From a virus: a stretch of 26,167 nucleotides of DNA. Below, piece after piece: positions 7,332-16,600 of this stretch. The stretch lies in the IMG/VR virus record IMGVR_UViG_3300025890_000012, positions 1 through 26,167 of that record; one strand, written 5' to 3'. Made by a program: the position numbers and the translations under genes. Position 1 is the first letter of the stretch. Every line of letters begins with the position of its first letter. Below the pieces are notes generated by a model. The model did not search any database. It worked only from the letters and a program-made list of their open reading frames with translations, and was not told the origin of the DNA.

Positions 7332-10097
7332 TTATCTTCCCCTTTGTCTGAGTGCACGTTCTTGAGAGAGGACAATGTCTGCCCCTTGAATCCTTCCAGT
7401 CACATTCATGTTCTGGTTCCCTCCTGCAACTTGTCCCAAGAACTCTCCCATCCTCTCAAAGGGGATCACTGCCTCCCTTCCTGATGGATTGTCACCGATC
7501 ATGGCAAGAGTAGGTCCAAGAGTCATTCCTCCTGAGTGGAATTTGGGGATGGATGCAAACAGTCCTCCAATGACTGCAGTCAGGGCACTTGCCTTCCCCA
7601 CTCCTGACAGTCCACCAGTGACTGCATTGGCAGGATCTGCAGGACTGAATGCAGATGCAATTGCATTTGAGAGTGCAGTTGACAATGCTCCTGCAATCAT
7701 GTTCATGAATATCTTCTTGATGGACTCTCCAAAGGACTCACCACTGTTTGTCATTGAGGAGAATCCTGCCTGAACAACTTGTCCCATTGCATCCCCCAAC
7801 ATTGCACCAGTGTCAAAGGCATCATTGACCTCTCCTTGAGTTGTCTTGACTCCTTCCATCTTCTCCCTGAGAAGTTCCATCTGTTCATTCAACATCACAA
7901 ACTGATCTGTGTTGATGAAGTTGGGATCTGCAAGGATTGAGTCCCTGAGAAGTGTCTCCAGTGAGGTCAGGATATTCTGAGCAGACTGAAGATCATCAAT
8001 GATCCCAAGACCATTTGACACTTCCAATTCTTTGATGGTGTCCTTGAAGATACTCATTGGAGTTGCAACTCCTTCCACCTCTTCTGCAAAGGTCCCCATC
8101 TGTGAGGTCAGATCCTCCAGTGTCTGGGATGAGTTTGCAAAGTCTGCCTCCACAATCTTCTTGATTGCAGACTGGATCACATTGAACTTCTCTGCATCCA
8201 GATCCTCTCCAAATAGGACCTCCAACTTCCCAATGTCTGCAAGTTGTTTCTCAAGATCTGCCTTGACTGATGCAAGTGTCTCCTCAACCTTCTCTGTCTT
8301 TGTGTTGTCATCAATGACAATCTCAACAGTTGTCTCAATAGCACTCTGGGCCTCTTCAATGTCTTCCTCCAGTCTTCCAATTCTGTTGTTGATCAGATCA
8401 ACAATTCCAGTGAATTGATCATCAATGTTTAATCCTTGACCAAAGGGATCAAGACTGTTGATGATGTCAAGAATTGCAGGAGACAGATTGACTCCAGATG
8501 CCTCTGACATGATTGCCAGATTTGCCCTTCTTGCCTCTTCACTGAATGTCCCAGTTGTTGCATCAAATGCATTGATGATCCCCAATCTTGCAGATGTCAG
8601 TGGATCATCTGCCAGTCCAATCTGGAAGTCCATCAACTGTTCCAATGCCTCTGGAGAGAGGTTGGTGAGTTCTGCCTGAAGTGCCCTGAGTTGATCATTG
8701 AGAGAAGACACTGTCTGGACTCCTCCCTGATTGAATGCATCCCTGATCAATCCTGATCTTGTTGCAAGTGCCTTGACTGAGGCATTCAGAAGATCATTCT
8801 GTGCCTCAAGTGTCTCATTGAATGTGAGTGTCTTTGCATTGGCATTTGAGTTCTCTGAACTCATGATGAAGAGTGCCCCTGCCACTGTTCCAACTGCCAC
8901 TGCAAGTGCAGTGAATGGATTGGTGAGAAGAGATGCAGTGAAGGTCCTGACTGCAAGAGTTGCCCCTTGGAATCCTTTGATCATTCCTCCAATGGCCATT
9001 GATATTGGACCAATTGCAGAGACAAACAGTCCCACACTGACAATTGACTTCTGTGTTGTTGGAGAGAGATTTGAGAAGGATTGTGCCAGTCCTTTGATCT
9101 TCTCTGCAACTGACAAGACTGTTGGTGCAAGTGCAGTCCCCAATTCTATTTGTGCCCCCTCAATGGCACTCTTCATGGATGCAATGCCTCCCTTGGCAGA
9201 GTCATCCATCTCACTTGCCATGTCTGATGCACTCCCTCCTGCATTGACAAGTTCTTTGTTCAGTGCATTGAGTTGATCAAGGTTGTCTCCAAATAGTGGT
9301 TGAAGGATTGCAGATCTTTTGCCAAGAATCTTCATGGCATCTGCATAGTCCATTGAACCATTGATGATGTCTCCAAATGTTGACTTGACATCTACTCCTT
9401 GAGATGCCAATTCACTGAATGCCATCTTCAACTTGGTCCCTGCATCTGCTCCAGACAGACCATTGTTTGCAAGAACTCCAAGGAGGGATGTGGTCTCTTC
9501 CAGAGAGAATCCAAATTGATTTGCAAGGATTCCTGCATTGGACATTGATCCTGAGAACTTCTCAAGATCAAGACCAGATTTGGAGAATGACTTTGCAAGA
9601 ACATCTGCCACTCTTCCTGCATCCTCTGCCTCCAGACCAAATTGATTGATTGTCTGTTGGACTGCCTCTGCAGTTGGACCAAGTTCTGTCCCAAACGCTT
9701 GTGCAAGTCCAAGGATTGCAGGAGTTGCAGATTCAATGCCTTTGGCACTCACTCCCAACTTCCCCAGTTCCAATTGAAGAGATGCCACTTCTGAGGCACT
9801 GAAGACTGTTGAAGATCCCAAATCCTTTGCACTCTTCTGGAGTCTGTCAAAGTCCTGCCCAGTTGCTCCTGAGATTGCTTTGACTTTCTTCATGGCCAGT
9901 TCAAAGTCTGAACTGACACGGAATGCAGATGCACCAATTGCAACCAATGGTGCAGTCACTCCAAGAGTCATCCCCCTTCCAATGGATGAGAGTTTGTTTG
10001 CAGTTTTGGTCAGGTTACTTTGGGCCTGAGACATCCCCTTGGTGAATCGGGATGAATCAAGTCCAAGAACTACGGAGAGGAGGGATTGACGTGCCAT
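7332..10097 (-). CDS. Tail tape measure protein (921 aa)
   Basis: The size, the position after the G/GT chaperones, the TP901-type core (AMKKVKAISGATGQDFDRLQKSAKDLGSSTVFSASEVA), helical repeats and Gly-rich hydrophobic segments all fit. Confidence 0.9.
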   Translation of the reverse strand: MARQSLLSVVLGLDSSRFTKGMSQAQSNLTKTANKLSSIGRGMTLGVTAPLVAIGASAFRVSSDFELAMKKVKAISGATGQDFDRLQKSAKDLGSSTVFSASEVASLQLELGKLGVSAKGIESATPAILGLAQAFGTELGPTAEAVQQTINQFGLEAEDAGRVADVLAKSFSKSGLDLEKFSGSMSNAGILANQFGFSLEETTSLLGVLANNGLSGADAGTKLKMAFSELASQGVDVKSTFGDIINGSMDYADAMKILGKRSAILQPLFGDNLDQLNALNKELVNAGGSASDMASEMDDSAKGGIASMKSAIEGAQIELGTALAPTVLSVAEKIKGLAQSFSNLSPTTQKSIVSVGLFVSAIGPISMAIGGMIKGFQGATLAVRTFTASLLTNPFTALAVAVGTVAGALFIMSSENSNANAKTLTFNETLEAQNDLLNASVKALATRSGLIRDAFNQGGVQTVSSLNDQLRALQAELTNLSPEALEQLMDFQIGLADDPLTSARLGIINAFDATTGTFSEEARRANLAIMSEASGVNLSPAILDIINSLDPFGQGLNIDDQFTGIVDLINNRIGRLEEDIEEAQSAIETTVEIVIDDNTKTEKVEETLASVKADLEKQLADIGKLEVLFGEDLDAEKFNVIQSAIKKIVEADFANSSQTLEDLTSQMGTFAEEVEGVATPMSIFKDTIKELEVSNGLGIIDDLQSAQNILTSLETLLRDSILADPNFINTDQFVMLNEQMELLREKMEGVKTTQGEVNDAFDTGAMLGDAMGQVVQAGFSSMTNSGESFGESIKKIFMNMIAGALSTALSNAIASAFSPADPANAVTGGLSGVGKASALTAVIGGLFASIPKFHSGGMTLGPTLAMIGDNPSGREAVIPFERMGEFLGQVAGGNQNMNVTGRIQGADIVLSQERALRQRGR

Positions 10098-10767
10098 GAG
10101 GCAATGGAGTTGATTTGTTCTTCAGTTATTTCATTCTGTTCACTGTTTTCATCTTCATCCTTGTATGGATTGAAGTCTTGGGGTGAATAGGGAGTGGGTT
10201 TCCTCTTGGGATCTCTGTTGGCATTGGCAATCAAAGACATGACTGTGGAGGTGTGGTTCCACAAGATCTTGTCCTTGTTGACCAGACTCCTTGAATAGGA
10301 TGCCAGTTCAAAGAATGTCAAAGACCAGAACTGATCAGGGAGGATTCCCATCTCAAGTCCGTGCCCATATAGATCTGACCAAGTGCGAAGTGACGAGGGA
10401 GAGGAGGAGTCATGATCTCCCCTCCCTCTTGTCAGTTTCCCTCCTTACTTCCCCCAGTTGATCCCATTGAGTGTCCCACTGCCTCTGAAAGTTCTTGGAA
10501 CTTCTCAAGGTCACTGCAAATGATTGCAGACATGTGATCATAGTTGATCTCAGGTCTTGGTTGACCTTTGATGTCTTGGGCATTCATGATGCCCCAGAAG
10601 ATCACAGTTGGAACAAAGTCAAGTGGATCAGAATTGACAAACTCATCAAGAGCAGACAGTTCCATCTTCTTGTCTTTGCATAGCAATCTGAAACAATTGA
10701 GATTCAGGAGAACCTCATGTGTGTCCTTTCCCAATTCAATGGAGATCTGTCCTCTGAGTTCGTTCAT
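10070..10767 (-). CDS. Tail assembly chaperone frameshift product (gpGT-like, about 232 aa, -1 shift at 10435-10441)
   Basis: The -1 frame is open from just upstream of the slippery site through ORF 10070..10351. That ORF carries a ...FWSLTFFELASY...WNHTS...ANANRDPKRKP... chaperone-like sequence. Confidence 0.75.
10395..10441 (-). promoter_or_regulatory. Programmed -1 ribosomal frameshift signal: slippery GGGAAAC plus a downstream hairpin
   Basis: Minus strand: GGGAAAC (10441-10435), 6-nt spacer tgacaa containing the zero-frame TGA, then GAGGGAGGGGAG / 7-nt loop / CTCCTC-ctc-TCCCTC. This gives 12 bp, including one G-U pair, with a 3-nt bulge. Confidence 0.8.
10432..10767 (-). CDS. Tail assembly chaperone (gpG-like)
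   Basis: 111-aa ORF between the major tail and tape measure genes. Ends in the slippery heptamer G GGA AAC followed by TGA. Confidence 0.8.
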   Translation of the reverse strand: MNELRGQISIELGKDTHEVLLNLNCFRLLCKDKKMELSALDEFVNSDPLDFVPTVIFWGIMNAQDIKGQPRPEINYDHMSAIICSDLEKFQELSEAVGHSMGSTGGSKEGN

Positions 10768-10777
10768 ATTCTATGTA

Positions 10778-11209
10778 TTAAGCGAAGTTTCCAGTTGTCA
10801 ATCCTGAGCAGTCAAATGACACAGAGAATGAAGTTGAGTCATTCAATGGTGCAGTCTCCTCAAATGAGGTGATGTATGCAGTGACTTGTGCAAACGGATC
10901 TCCAGTGACTCCTGATCCATAGCGGAGTGTCAATTGTGTTTTGTCTTTTGCAGATGCGAACAGATGAGTCCTTCCAACATTGTTGTATGCAGTCAGACCA
11001 TCAATTGTGATGGACACAGACTGTTGTCCAGGAAGGACAGACCGTGCTCCATCATTGTCCTTGCAGACAGTTTCAATCATTTCATTTGTCAGATTGAGTG
11101 AGGCGTTTGTGCCACATGCGATCAGATCGTAGTTTGTATCTCCAGATGCATCTGCATCAAGAATGTAAACTCCAACCAAGTTGCCTTTGACGGTTCCAGT
11201 AGTTGCCAT
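10778..11209 (-). CDS. Major tail protein (143 aa)
   Basis: Position upstream of the chaperones. A small beta-rich protein, MATTGTVKGNLVGVYILDAD..., typical of TP901-1/phi13-type major tail proteins. Confidence 0.75.
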   Translation of the reverse strand: MATTGTVKGNLVGVYILDADASGDTNYDLIACGTNASLNLTNEMIETVCKDNDGARSVLPGQQSVSITIDGLTAYNNVGRTHLFASAKDKTQLTLRYGSGVTGDPFAQVTAYITSFEETAPLNDSTSFSVSFDCSGLTTGNFA

Positions 11210-11212
11210 TTT

Positions 11213-11479
11213 TTAAGTTTTTAAGGGGGTTGTTTTTTTACGTTTCACCTTCTTCTTTGGAGGTGAGATCTTCTCCTTCTCTTCATCACACTTCTCACAA
11301 GGTTCATCATGCTCCTTGCAGGGGCATTCATGAGTGGGAGGAGGATTGGTGACAGAAGGATGATGAATTGCAAAACCATTTGAGATCAGTTTGTGGACCA
11401 CTTTTGTGTCTTCAATCAGAACAGTGTGACCAACAATCCATGACTTCCCTTCAACGGGTGCAATAATTTCCAATTTCAT
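11213..11479 (-). CDS. Hypothetical small protein with a Cys cluster and a Lys-rich C-terminal tail
   Basis: 88-aa ORF with ECPCKEHDEPCEKC and a ...PPKKKVKRKKTTPLKT tail. Starts 32 nt downstream of late box copy 3. Confidence 0.55.
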   Translation of the reverse strand: MKLEIIAPVEGKSWIVGHTVLIEDTKVVHKLISNGFAIHHPSVTNPPPTHECPCKEHDEPCEKCDEEKEKISPPKKKVKRKKTTPLKT

Positions 11480-11511
11480 GCCTCAAAAATCCACCACTTG
11501 AGATGGGATGA

Positions 11512-11529
11512 GGTTGACAGTGTCAAGTT
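11512..11529 (-). promoter_or_regulatory. Late box copy 3: minus strand AACTTGACACTGTCAACC
   Basis: Lies in the 51-nt gap between ORFs 11531..11938 and 11213..11479. Ends 32 nt upstream of the ATG at 11479. Confidence 0.65.
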
Positions 11530-11530
11530 C

Positions 11531-11938
11531 CTATGTGTGTGCAGACTGTCCAGTCCTTGTTGTGGTCAGAATGAATGTGGAGACTGTGACAAACGTCTCA
11601 TCCTCAGGATCAATTCCAACCTCCAGATCTTCAAACCTGATGTCAACATGAAAATGGTTGACAGATCCAACATATTTGTCCAATTCATTCCTCACTGCCA
11701 TTGCAATGTCATAGGAGTTCTTTGGATTGGTTGAGTATGCACTGATCTGGATTGTGATGAAGTCAATGAATGATGAGTGACTCTTGGTCTCTTGTGGTTC
11801 AAAGTTTGTCAGATCCACCACAATGCAGGGGAGTCCAGTTGACTGTCTCCTTTGGATTGCATGGATGTCTGATGATCCACTCAGGAATGACATCACTCCA
11901 GTGGATGCCTCCAATATGTCAATGACTTCTCCAATCAT
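11531..11938 (-). CDS. Tail completion/terminator-like protein
   Basis: 135 aa. It is the last gene of the head-tail joining set before the tail tube genes. ATGA overlap with the upstream gene. Confidence 0.6.
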   Translation of the reverse strand: MIGEVIDILEASTGVMSFLSGSSDIHAIQRRQSTGLPCIVVDLTNFEPQETKSHSSFIDFITIQISAYSTNPKNSYDIAMAVRNELDKYVGSVNHFHVDIRFEDLEVGIDPEDETFVTVSTFILTTTRTGQSAHT

Positions 11939-12411
11939 GCTTCAACTATTTTCTTGATGTGTTTGCCAATTCTGTTCTCTGCATCCTTGGACTTTGTTTG
12001 GAATGATTTGTCAATGAATCCAGATCCTTTGACTCCTCTTCTGGTGATGGACTTGACCTTGATCCTCCCTCCACCTTTGGTGAAGAATGAGAACATCCCA
12101 CTGCCCTTGGCAGTGTAGGTCCCACCTCTTGATCCCAGTTCTTGGATGTGTGCATATGGTGCACCTCCCTTCCCTCCTTTGGGACCAATGAGAACATTCT
12201 CTCCCAGATCCCTTCTCTTCTTCCCTCGTCTTGTCACAATAGACTTCTGGAGTGTTCCAGTCTTCTTTGGTGCAAGTCTCTTCATCTCCTTCTTGATTGG
12301 AGGTGCCCCCTTCCTGAGGATCTTCACTGCCTCCTTCCTGCCCAACTTCTCCTCAAGTTTCTTGAGTCTTTGTGACAGTCTCTCTGTTCCTTCAATCTTT
12401 ACGTCTGCCAT
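11935..12411 (-). CDS. HK97 gp10-like head-tail joining protein
   Basis: MADVKIEGTERLSQRLKKLEE...APKKTGTLQKSIV matches the gp10-family N-terminal pattern. Synteny supports the call. Confidence 0.65.
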   Translation of the reverse strand: MADVKIEGTERLSQRLKKLEEKLGRKEAVKILRKGAPPIKKEMKRLAPKKTGTLQKSIVTRRGKKRRDLGENVLIGPKGGKGGAPYAHIQELGSRGGTYTAKGSGMFSFFTKGGGRIKVKSITRRGVKGSGFIDKSFQTKSKDAENRIGKHIKKIVEA

Positions 12412-12734
12412 CAGGAGTTGTCTCTGACAGTGGTGATCAATCTCAGTGCCTCATTCCTTCCGATCACTTCAATGGAATGAACATCATGCAAGAGGTCACC
12501 ATATTTGATGACAGTGTCTCTGGTTGTGATCCCACTTTGGTGTCTGATCACAAACTCAATCTTGTCCACTCCAACCTTCTGATCAGAGGATTGTTCTTCC
12601 CCTCCTCCTTTGTAGATTATTTGTGCCCAGAATGTCCCAACAAGGGACTTGGACTTCACCTCATGGTTCCATGAGTCAGTTGATCCAGTCCAGTTGTAGA
12701 TGGCAATTCTTTTGTCCAGTTTCCCAATGTTCAT
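12411..12734 (-). CDS. Head-tail adaptor / head closure protein
   Basis: 107 aa starting MNIGKLDKRIAIYNWT..., the typical head-closure start. Lies between the connector and the gp10-like protein, with overlapping stop/start codons on both sides. Confidence 0.65.
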   Translation of the reverse strand: MNIGKLDKRIAIYNWTGSTDSWNHEVKSKSLVGTFWAQIIYKGGGEEQSSDQKVGVDKIEFVIRHQSGITTRDTVIKYGDLLHDVHSIEVIGRNEALRLITTVRDNS

Positions 12735-13294
12735 CTGAATGATTTGAGTCTGTATGGTTCCATCAAATACTTGGATGCCATTGGGATCTCATGGTGTTTG
12801 AATCTCCCAACATCTTGTCTGTTCTCATATAGATGACCAATGATCAGGAGCATGGCACTCACAAGTGCCTGAGGTCTGTCATCTGTGTCATATCCAGAGA
12901 TTGTCTGGACAGTCACTGCATTGAGTTGATCCTTGACATCATTGGGGATCTTCATCATCCTCAACCTTGATGGATAGCTTTTGCCATCCAATTGATAGTC
13001 TGCAAGTGCTGAGACAGTTGTCCCAGAGTGTGCATTGATATAGGTCAGACCTGAGATTGTCAGATCTGTTCCTCCATGAAGATCCATGAAGTCCATGAAG
13101 GTGTCTGAATAGAAGTTCACTCCAGTCCTCTGCATGAAGTCTCCAGTGTACTTCTGCACCACATCTTGAGATGCAGTGATCAAGGATGTGATCAAGGCAT
13201 CATCACCTGAATGTTCAACTCTCAAGTGTGTTTTAGCAACTGCCAAACTGATGACATTGATTGCATCTGGGAATGTTGTTTGTTCAAGTTTCAT
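12731..13294 (-). CDS. gp6-like head-tail connector protein
   Basis: ...AKTHLRVEHSGDDALITSLITASQDVVQKYTG... is the characteristic connector N-terminal motif. It is the first gene after the capsid gene. Confidence 0.65.
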   Translation of the reverse strand: MKLEQTTFPDAINVISLAVAKTHLRVEHSGDDALITSLITASQDVVQKYTGDFMQRTGVNFYSDTFMDFMDLHGGTDLTISGLTYINAHSGTTVSALADYQLDGKSYPSRLRMMKIPNDVKDQLNAVTVQTISGYDTDDRPQALVSAMLLIIGHLYENRQDVGRFKHHEIPMASKYLMEPYRLKSFR

Positions 13295-13314
13295 GTGATG
13301 AGATTGTGAAAAGT

Positions 13315-13337
13315 GGGGACACCCAAATGATGTCCCC
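13315..13337 (-). terminator. Hairpin after the major capsid gene (possible attenuator/partial terminator)
   Basis: GGGGACA (13315-13321) / TGTCCCC (13331-13337) with a 9-nt loop. On the minus strand it is followed by aCTTTTCac, a short T tract. Lies in the 65-nt gap after the capsid stop. Confidence 0.45.
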
Positions 13338-13359
13338 CTTCTCAGTTTAGTTCAACAGT

Positions 13360-14691
13360 TTAGACTGTTGTTGGGGTTGTTGCAATAGTCATTCCACCCA
13401 GAGTCTGGACAGATCCTGAACGTCTCACATTTCCATTTGCATACATGTTTGCAATCAGACGGATTGTCCCCTGATGTGCAAGAGTGTAACTGTCCACAGT
13501 CACATCCAGTCCACCAAACTTTGCAATGAATAGATCAGAAGGATCAACAAAGTAAATTGGGCGAATTGAGATGGTGTCATCTGCATCTGTGATCCCTGAT
13601 GCATAAGCATCTGCAACCACTGTCTTGGCACCAACATTTGTTGATGAGAAGACCTGATACCCAAGGATCTCATTCCCAACATTGGCAATTGCTCCTCCTG
13701 CTGACTGAGACACTCCTTTGAGATATGCACTCATTGTTGGATCCATCAACATTGCAAGGTTTGCACCTGCAGGATCATTTGACAAGAATGCACCTTCATG
13801 TGCAGTTAGATCTGCATAAGTTGTTGCACTGTATGATGTGCCTGACACCACACTGTGATTGGTGATGTTCCCAACTCCAAACAGATTTGTGTTGATCACA
13901 TACTTGTCCAACTCGTTTCCAAGTGCAACAGACATGTCACGTGCAATCACCGCATCAAGTGCAGGATCAGACTGGTTCAACATTTGACGTGTGAGATCCA
14001 TCCGCATTGTGAAACGCTTGGGATCAAGAGTCACAGATCCAAAGTCTCCATCAAGATTGGCAACGTCACCAATCTCTGCAACTTGTGATCCTGCTCCATT
14101 TGGTAATGAAGGGAGAACAAGGTTTCCAGATGCTTGGATCACTGTTGCCCCCATACGCTCAAGGACTGAGGTTGCTCGAAGGCCCTCAACCATTCCTGCA
14201 TGTTCAACACCTCGGACTTTGTTTCCTTGGTTCTGACCATTGGTGTCATCAACAGAATAGGACTCATTTGCACGTTCCTCACCGTTCATCAAGAATGATG
14301 GGATGGTGATGTTTCCACGAGCAGATGCCCCAGTTGCATTCAATTCATTTCGGCCTTCTTGGACCATCTCTGCCTCCAGTCCTTCCAGACCTCCCTTGTT
14401 GACCAGATCAGAGATTGCTTTGGTCATTGAGAACTTGCCCCTCAATTGAGTTTGCTCCTTCTCTTCAGACTTTGATGATGCAATTCCTGCACCTGCAGTG
14501 AACATTGCCTCATTGCTTTTGGCACGTTTGATCTCTGTGTCAAGATCTGCCACTTCAGAGTGGATTGCATCTTGACGTGTGTTCTCCTCTTCTGAGAAGT
14601 CACGTTCTTCTGTGGCAACAGAATTGAGGAGAGTTTCCAACTCCTCAACCAATGCACCACGTTCCTCCAATAGTTTGTTGGAATTTTTCAT
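13360..14691 (-). CDS. Major capsid protein, HK97 fold family
   Basis: Follows the prohead protease with an ATGA overlap. The N-terminus is a coiled-coil, delta-domain-like segment (MKNSNKLLEERGALVEELETLLNS...). The start was chosen at the ATG at 14691 rather than the track start at 14736. Confidence 0.85.
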   Translation of the reverse strand: MKNSNKLLEERGALVEELETLLNSVATEERDFSEEENTRQDAIHSEVADLDTEIKRAKSNEAMFTAGAGIASSKSEEKEQTQLRGKFSMTKAISDLVNKGGLEGLEAEMVQEGRNELNATGASARGNITIPSFLMNGEERANESYSVDDTNGQNQGNKVRGVEHAGMVEGLRATSVLERMGATVIQASGNLVLPSLPNGAGSQVAEIGDVANLDGDFGSVTLDPKRFTMRMDLTRQMLNQSDPALDAVIARDMSVALGNELDKYVINTNLFGVGNITNHSVVSGTSYSATTYADLTAHEGAFLSNDPAGANLAMLMDPTMSAYLKGVSQSAGGAIANVGNEILGYQVFSSTNVGAKTVVADAYASGITDADDTISIRPIYFVDPSDLFIAKFGGLDVTVDSYTLAHQGTIRLIANMYANGNVRRSGSVQTLGGMTIATTPTTV

Positions 14692-15305
14692 GTTGTTGTT
14701 TTGAGTTTTGCGAGTTGGAGCATAGACTGTCCCCACTTCAGACGGTCTCTTGTTTGCTCAGTCTCCTCGACTTGATTTGTATTTGTTGTTTTTGGTAGTG
14801 GGGGTGTTGGCAATGATCTTGCAGTCACTTCTGTTGTTTGATAGGCAGGATATGTGACCACGCTCAGATCTATGAGATTGCCAAGTCTGGTGATGTGTCG
14901 ATGTGGTTTGCCATCCCTCTCTTCCCATTGATCTTCCTCAACCGTGAATGCAAAGGATGCCTGATCCACATCTCCTCTCAAGAGGGATGAGTGCAGGTCT
15001 TGTGCATAGGATTGTGGTCCAACTGGGAAGGAGAAGTGAACACCTCTCTCATCAATTTTCATGTCCAATGTCCCCTGACCGTCTTTGGACCGTGCAAGGG
15101 GATAGTTCTCATTATGGTTGAATAGCATTCTGACATCATCATTCATCACATTGGTGAATGAATCTGGATCAATACTCTCTGTAAATTTTCCAAGATCAGT
15201 GTCCTCATTGAAGACCACTGCATATCCTTCCACTCTCTGCTCATCTTGAGTCTCTGGAGTGTCAGATCTGGATTGGATTGTTGTTTGGATGAATCGTCTT
15301 TCCAT
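14688..15305 (-). CDS. HK97-family prohead protease
   Basis: ...VEGYAVVFNE...VRMLFNHNENYPLA...ASFAF... matches the S78/U35 protease pattern. Lies between portal and capsid. Confidence 0.8.
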   Translation of the reverse strand: MERRFIQTTIQSRSDTPETQDEQRVEGYAVVFNEDTDLGKFTESIDPDSFTNVMNDDVRMLFNHNENYPLARSKDGQGTLDMKIDERGVHFSFPVGPQSYAQDLHSSLLRGDVDQASFAFTVEEDQWEERDGKPHRHITRLGNLIDLSVVTYPAYQTTEVTARSLPTPPLPKTTNTNQVEETEQTRDRLKWGQSMLQLAKLKTTT

Positions 15306-15316
15306 GTGTTTAGTGT

Positions 15317-16567
15317 TTAAGTGTTTGACTCCTCCTCCTTCTGAGTGAGTTTGTCTCCATAGGCAGATGCAGAGTCCAATGGGATCTGATTGACTTGGAT
15401 GAGATGGACATCTCCTGATGGACCAATTCCATTGAGATCCTCCATCTTCCTGACCTCATTCACTGACATGAATCCATGTTGGAGTGCAGATGCATAGAAC
15501 TCACGTCTGGAGTCCAGATCTCCTCTGAGAAGAGACCTCATGTCAAACTTTGTCTTGTATTGTCCACGCTCCCTCTCTGGGATCAGTTTTCTGTCCAGTT
15601 CCATCTCCAACTTCCTTGCCCAAGGAATGAGAGTCTGTTGGGTGAATGCAATCAGGATCTGTTCAACATTGTTGTATGTGGTTGATCCTTCTGCCTGAAT
15701 GAGAACTGGATTGACATTGAAGATCCTTGCAACCTCCTCCACTTGGAACTTCCTTGTGAGGATGAATTGGGCCTGATCTGGAGGGATCGTTGATCTCTCA
15801 TATTTGAGACCATGTTCAAGGATTGCAGTCTCATGGGCGTTTGAGATTCCTTGATGTTGGTTCCCCCATGTACTCTTGAGTCTGTGATATTGATCATCTG
15901 TGAGTGACTTGTCAGTCATCAGGAATCCTCCAGTGTTCCCTCCAGTTCCAAAGAACCTTGCACCATATTCCATTGATGCAGATGTGATCCCCAGATTCTC
16001 CATGTGGAGTCTGATTGGTGACTTCCCTCTGAATGCCTCAAGGATGACCAGATCATCAGGATAGTAGATTGCACCTGACTCTGTGTCTCTGAAGATCTTC
16101 TGTCCATCATAGACATCAGACTTGATCACTGATGGATCAAGTGGATGCAGTGCAGATGGTCTTGATGTGATCTCTCCACGCTCAATGAATGAATATGCAC
16201 AACCATACATGAGTGCATCTGAGATCATCCTCTCAATGAAGGAGAATGAGTTGTCAGTTTCGTTTGGTTCTGAGTTGATCAGAACAAAGGCAGGATGTTC
16301 CTTGGCAAGTCTCTTCCCATCCACTGTGTCCTCATATAAGTTGAGAGGAAGGGATGCAAGAGTTGAAGAGATCTTGGAGATTGATGCATAAACTGCAGAG
16401 AGTGACAGGGCACCTTCTTCATTCATACTCACTCCAGACTTTGTGGTCCTGCCAAAGATCCCCATGAAGGGAGAAGTGACATTGACAGACCGTTCCTCTT
16501 GTTGAGGTTTTTTGTTGTTTCTGTTCCTGAATACCTTCAGGAAGTCCAGTTCAAGGGAGAATCTCAT
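15317..16567 (-). CDS. Portal protein (HK97 family)
   Basis: Size and position after TerL. The first ATG is at 16567; the track start at 16615 is a TTG inside the late box. Confidence 0.85.
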   Translation of the reverse strand: MRFSLELDFLKVFRNRNNKKPQQEERSVNVTSPFMGIFGRTTKSGVSMNEEGALSLSAVYASISKISSTLASLPLNLYEDTVDGKRLAKEHPAFVLINSEPNETDNSFSFIERMISDALMYGCAYSFIERGEITSRPSALHPLDPSVIKSDVYDGQKIFRDTESGAIYYPDDLVILEAFRGKSPIRLHMENLGITSASMEYGARFFGTGGNTGGFLMTDKSLTDDQYHRLKSTWGNQHQGISNAHETAILEHGLKYERSTIPPDQAQFILTRKFQVEEVARIFNVNPVLIQAEGSTTYNNVEQILIAFTQQTLIPWARKLEMELDRKLIPERERGQYKTKFDMRSLLRGDLDSRREFYASALQHGFMSVNEVRKMEDLNGIGPSGDVHLIQVNQIPLDSASAYGDKLTQKEEESNT

Positions 16568-16600
16568 TGGCACGAAATTCACCAACCTATGTCTCAGAGG

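Noticed and set aside
7408-9276. Several long plus-strand ORFs (for example 7408..7773, 7999..8418, 8731..9276) antisense to the tape measure gene
   Set aside because: Same compositional artefact. They mirror the Ala/Ser/Leu-rich TMP codons and have no independent start context or intergenic space.
15306-15330. Tandem GTGTTTA/GTGTTTAA/GTGTTTGA repeat at the portal-protease junction
   Set aside because: Only three short imperfect units. They are largely accounted for by the portal stop codon context and the protease start region.
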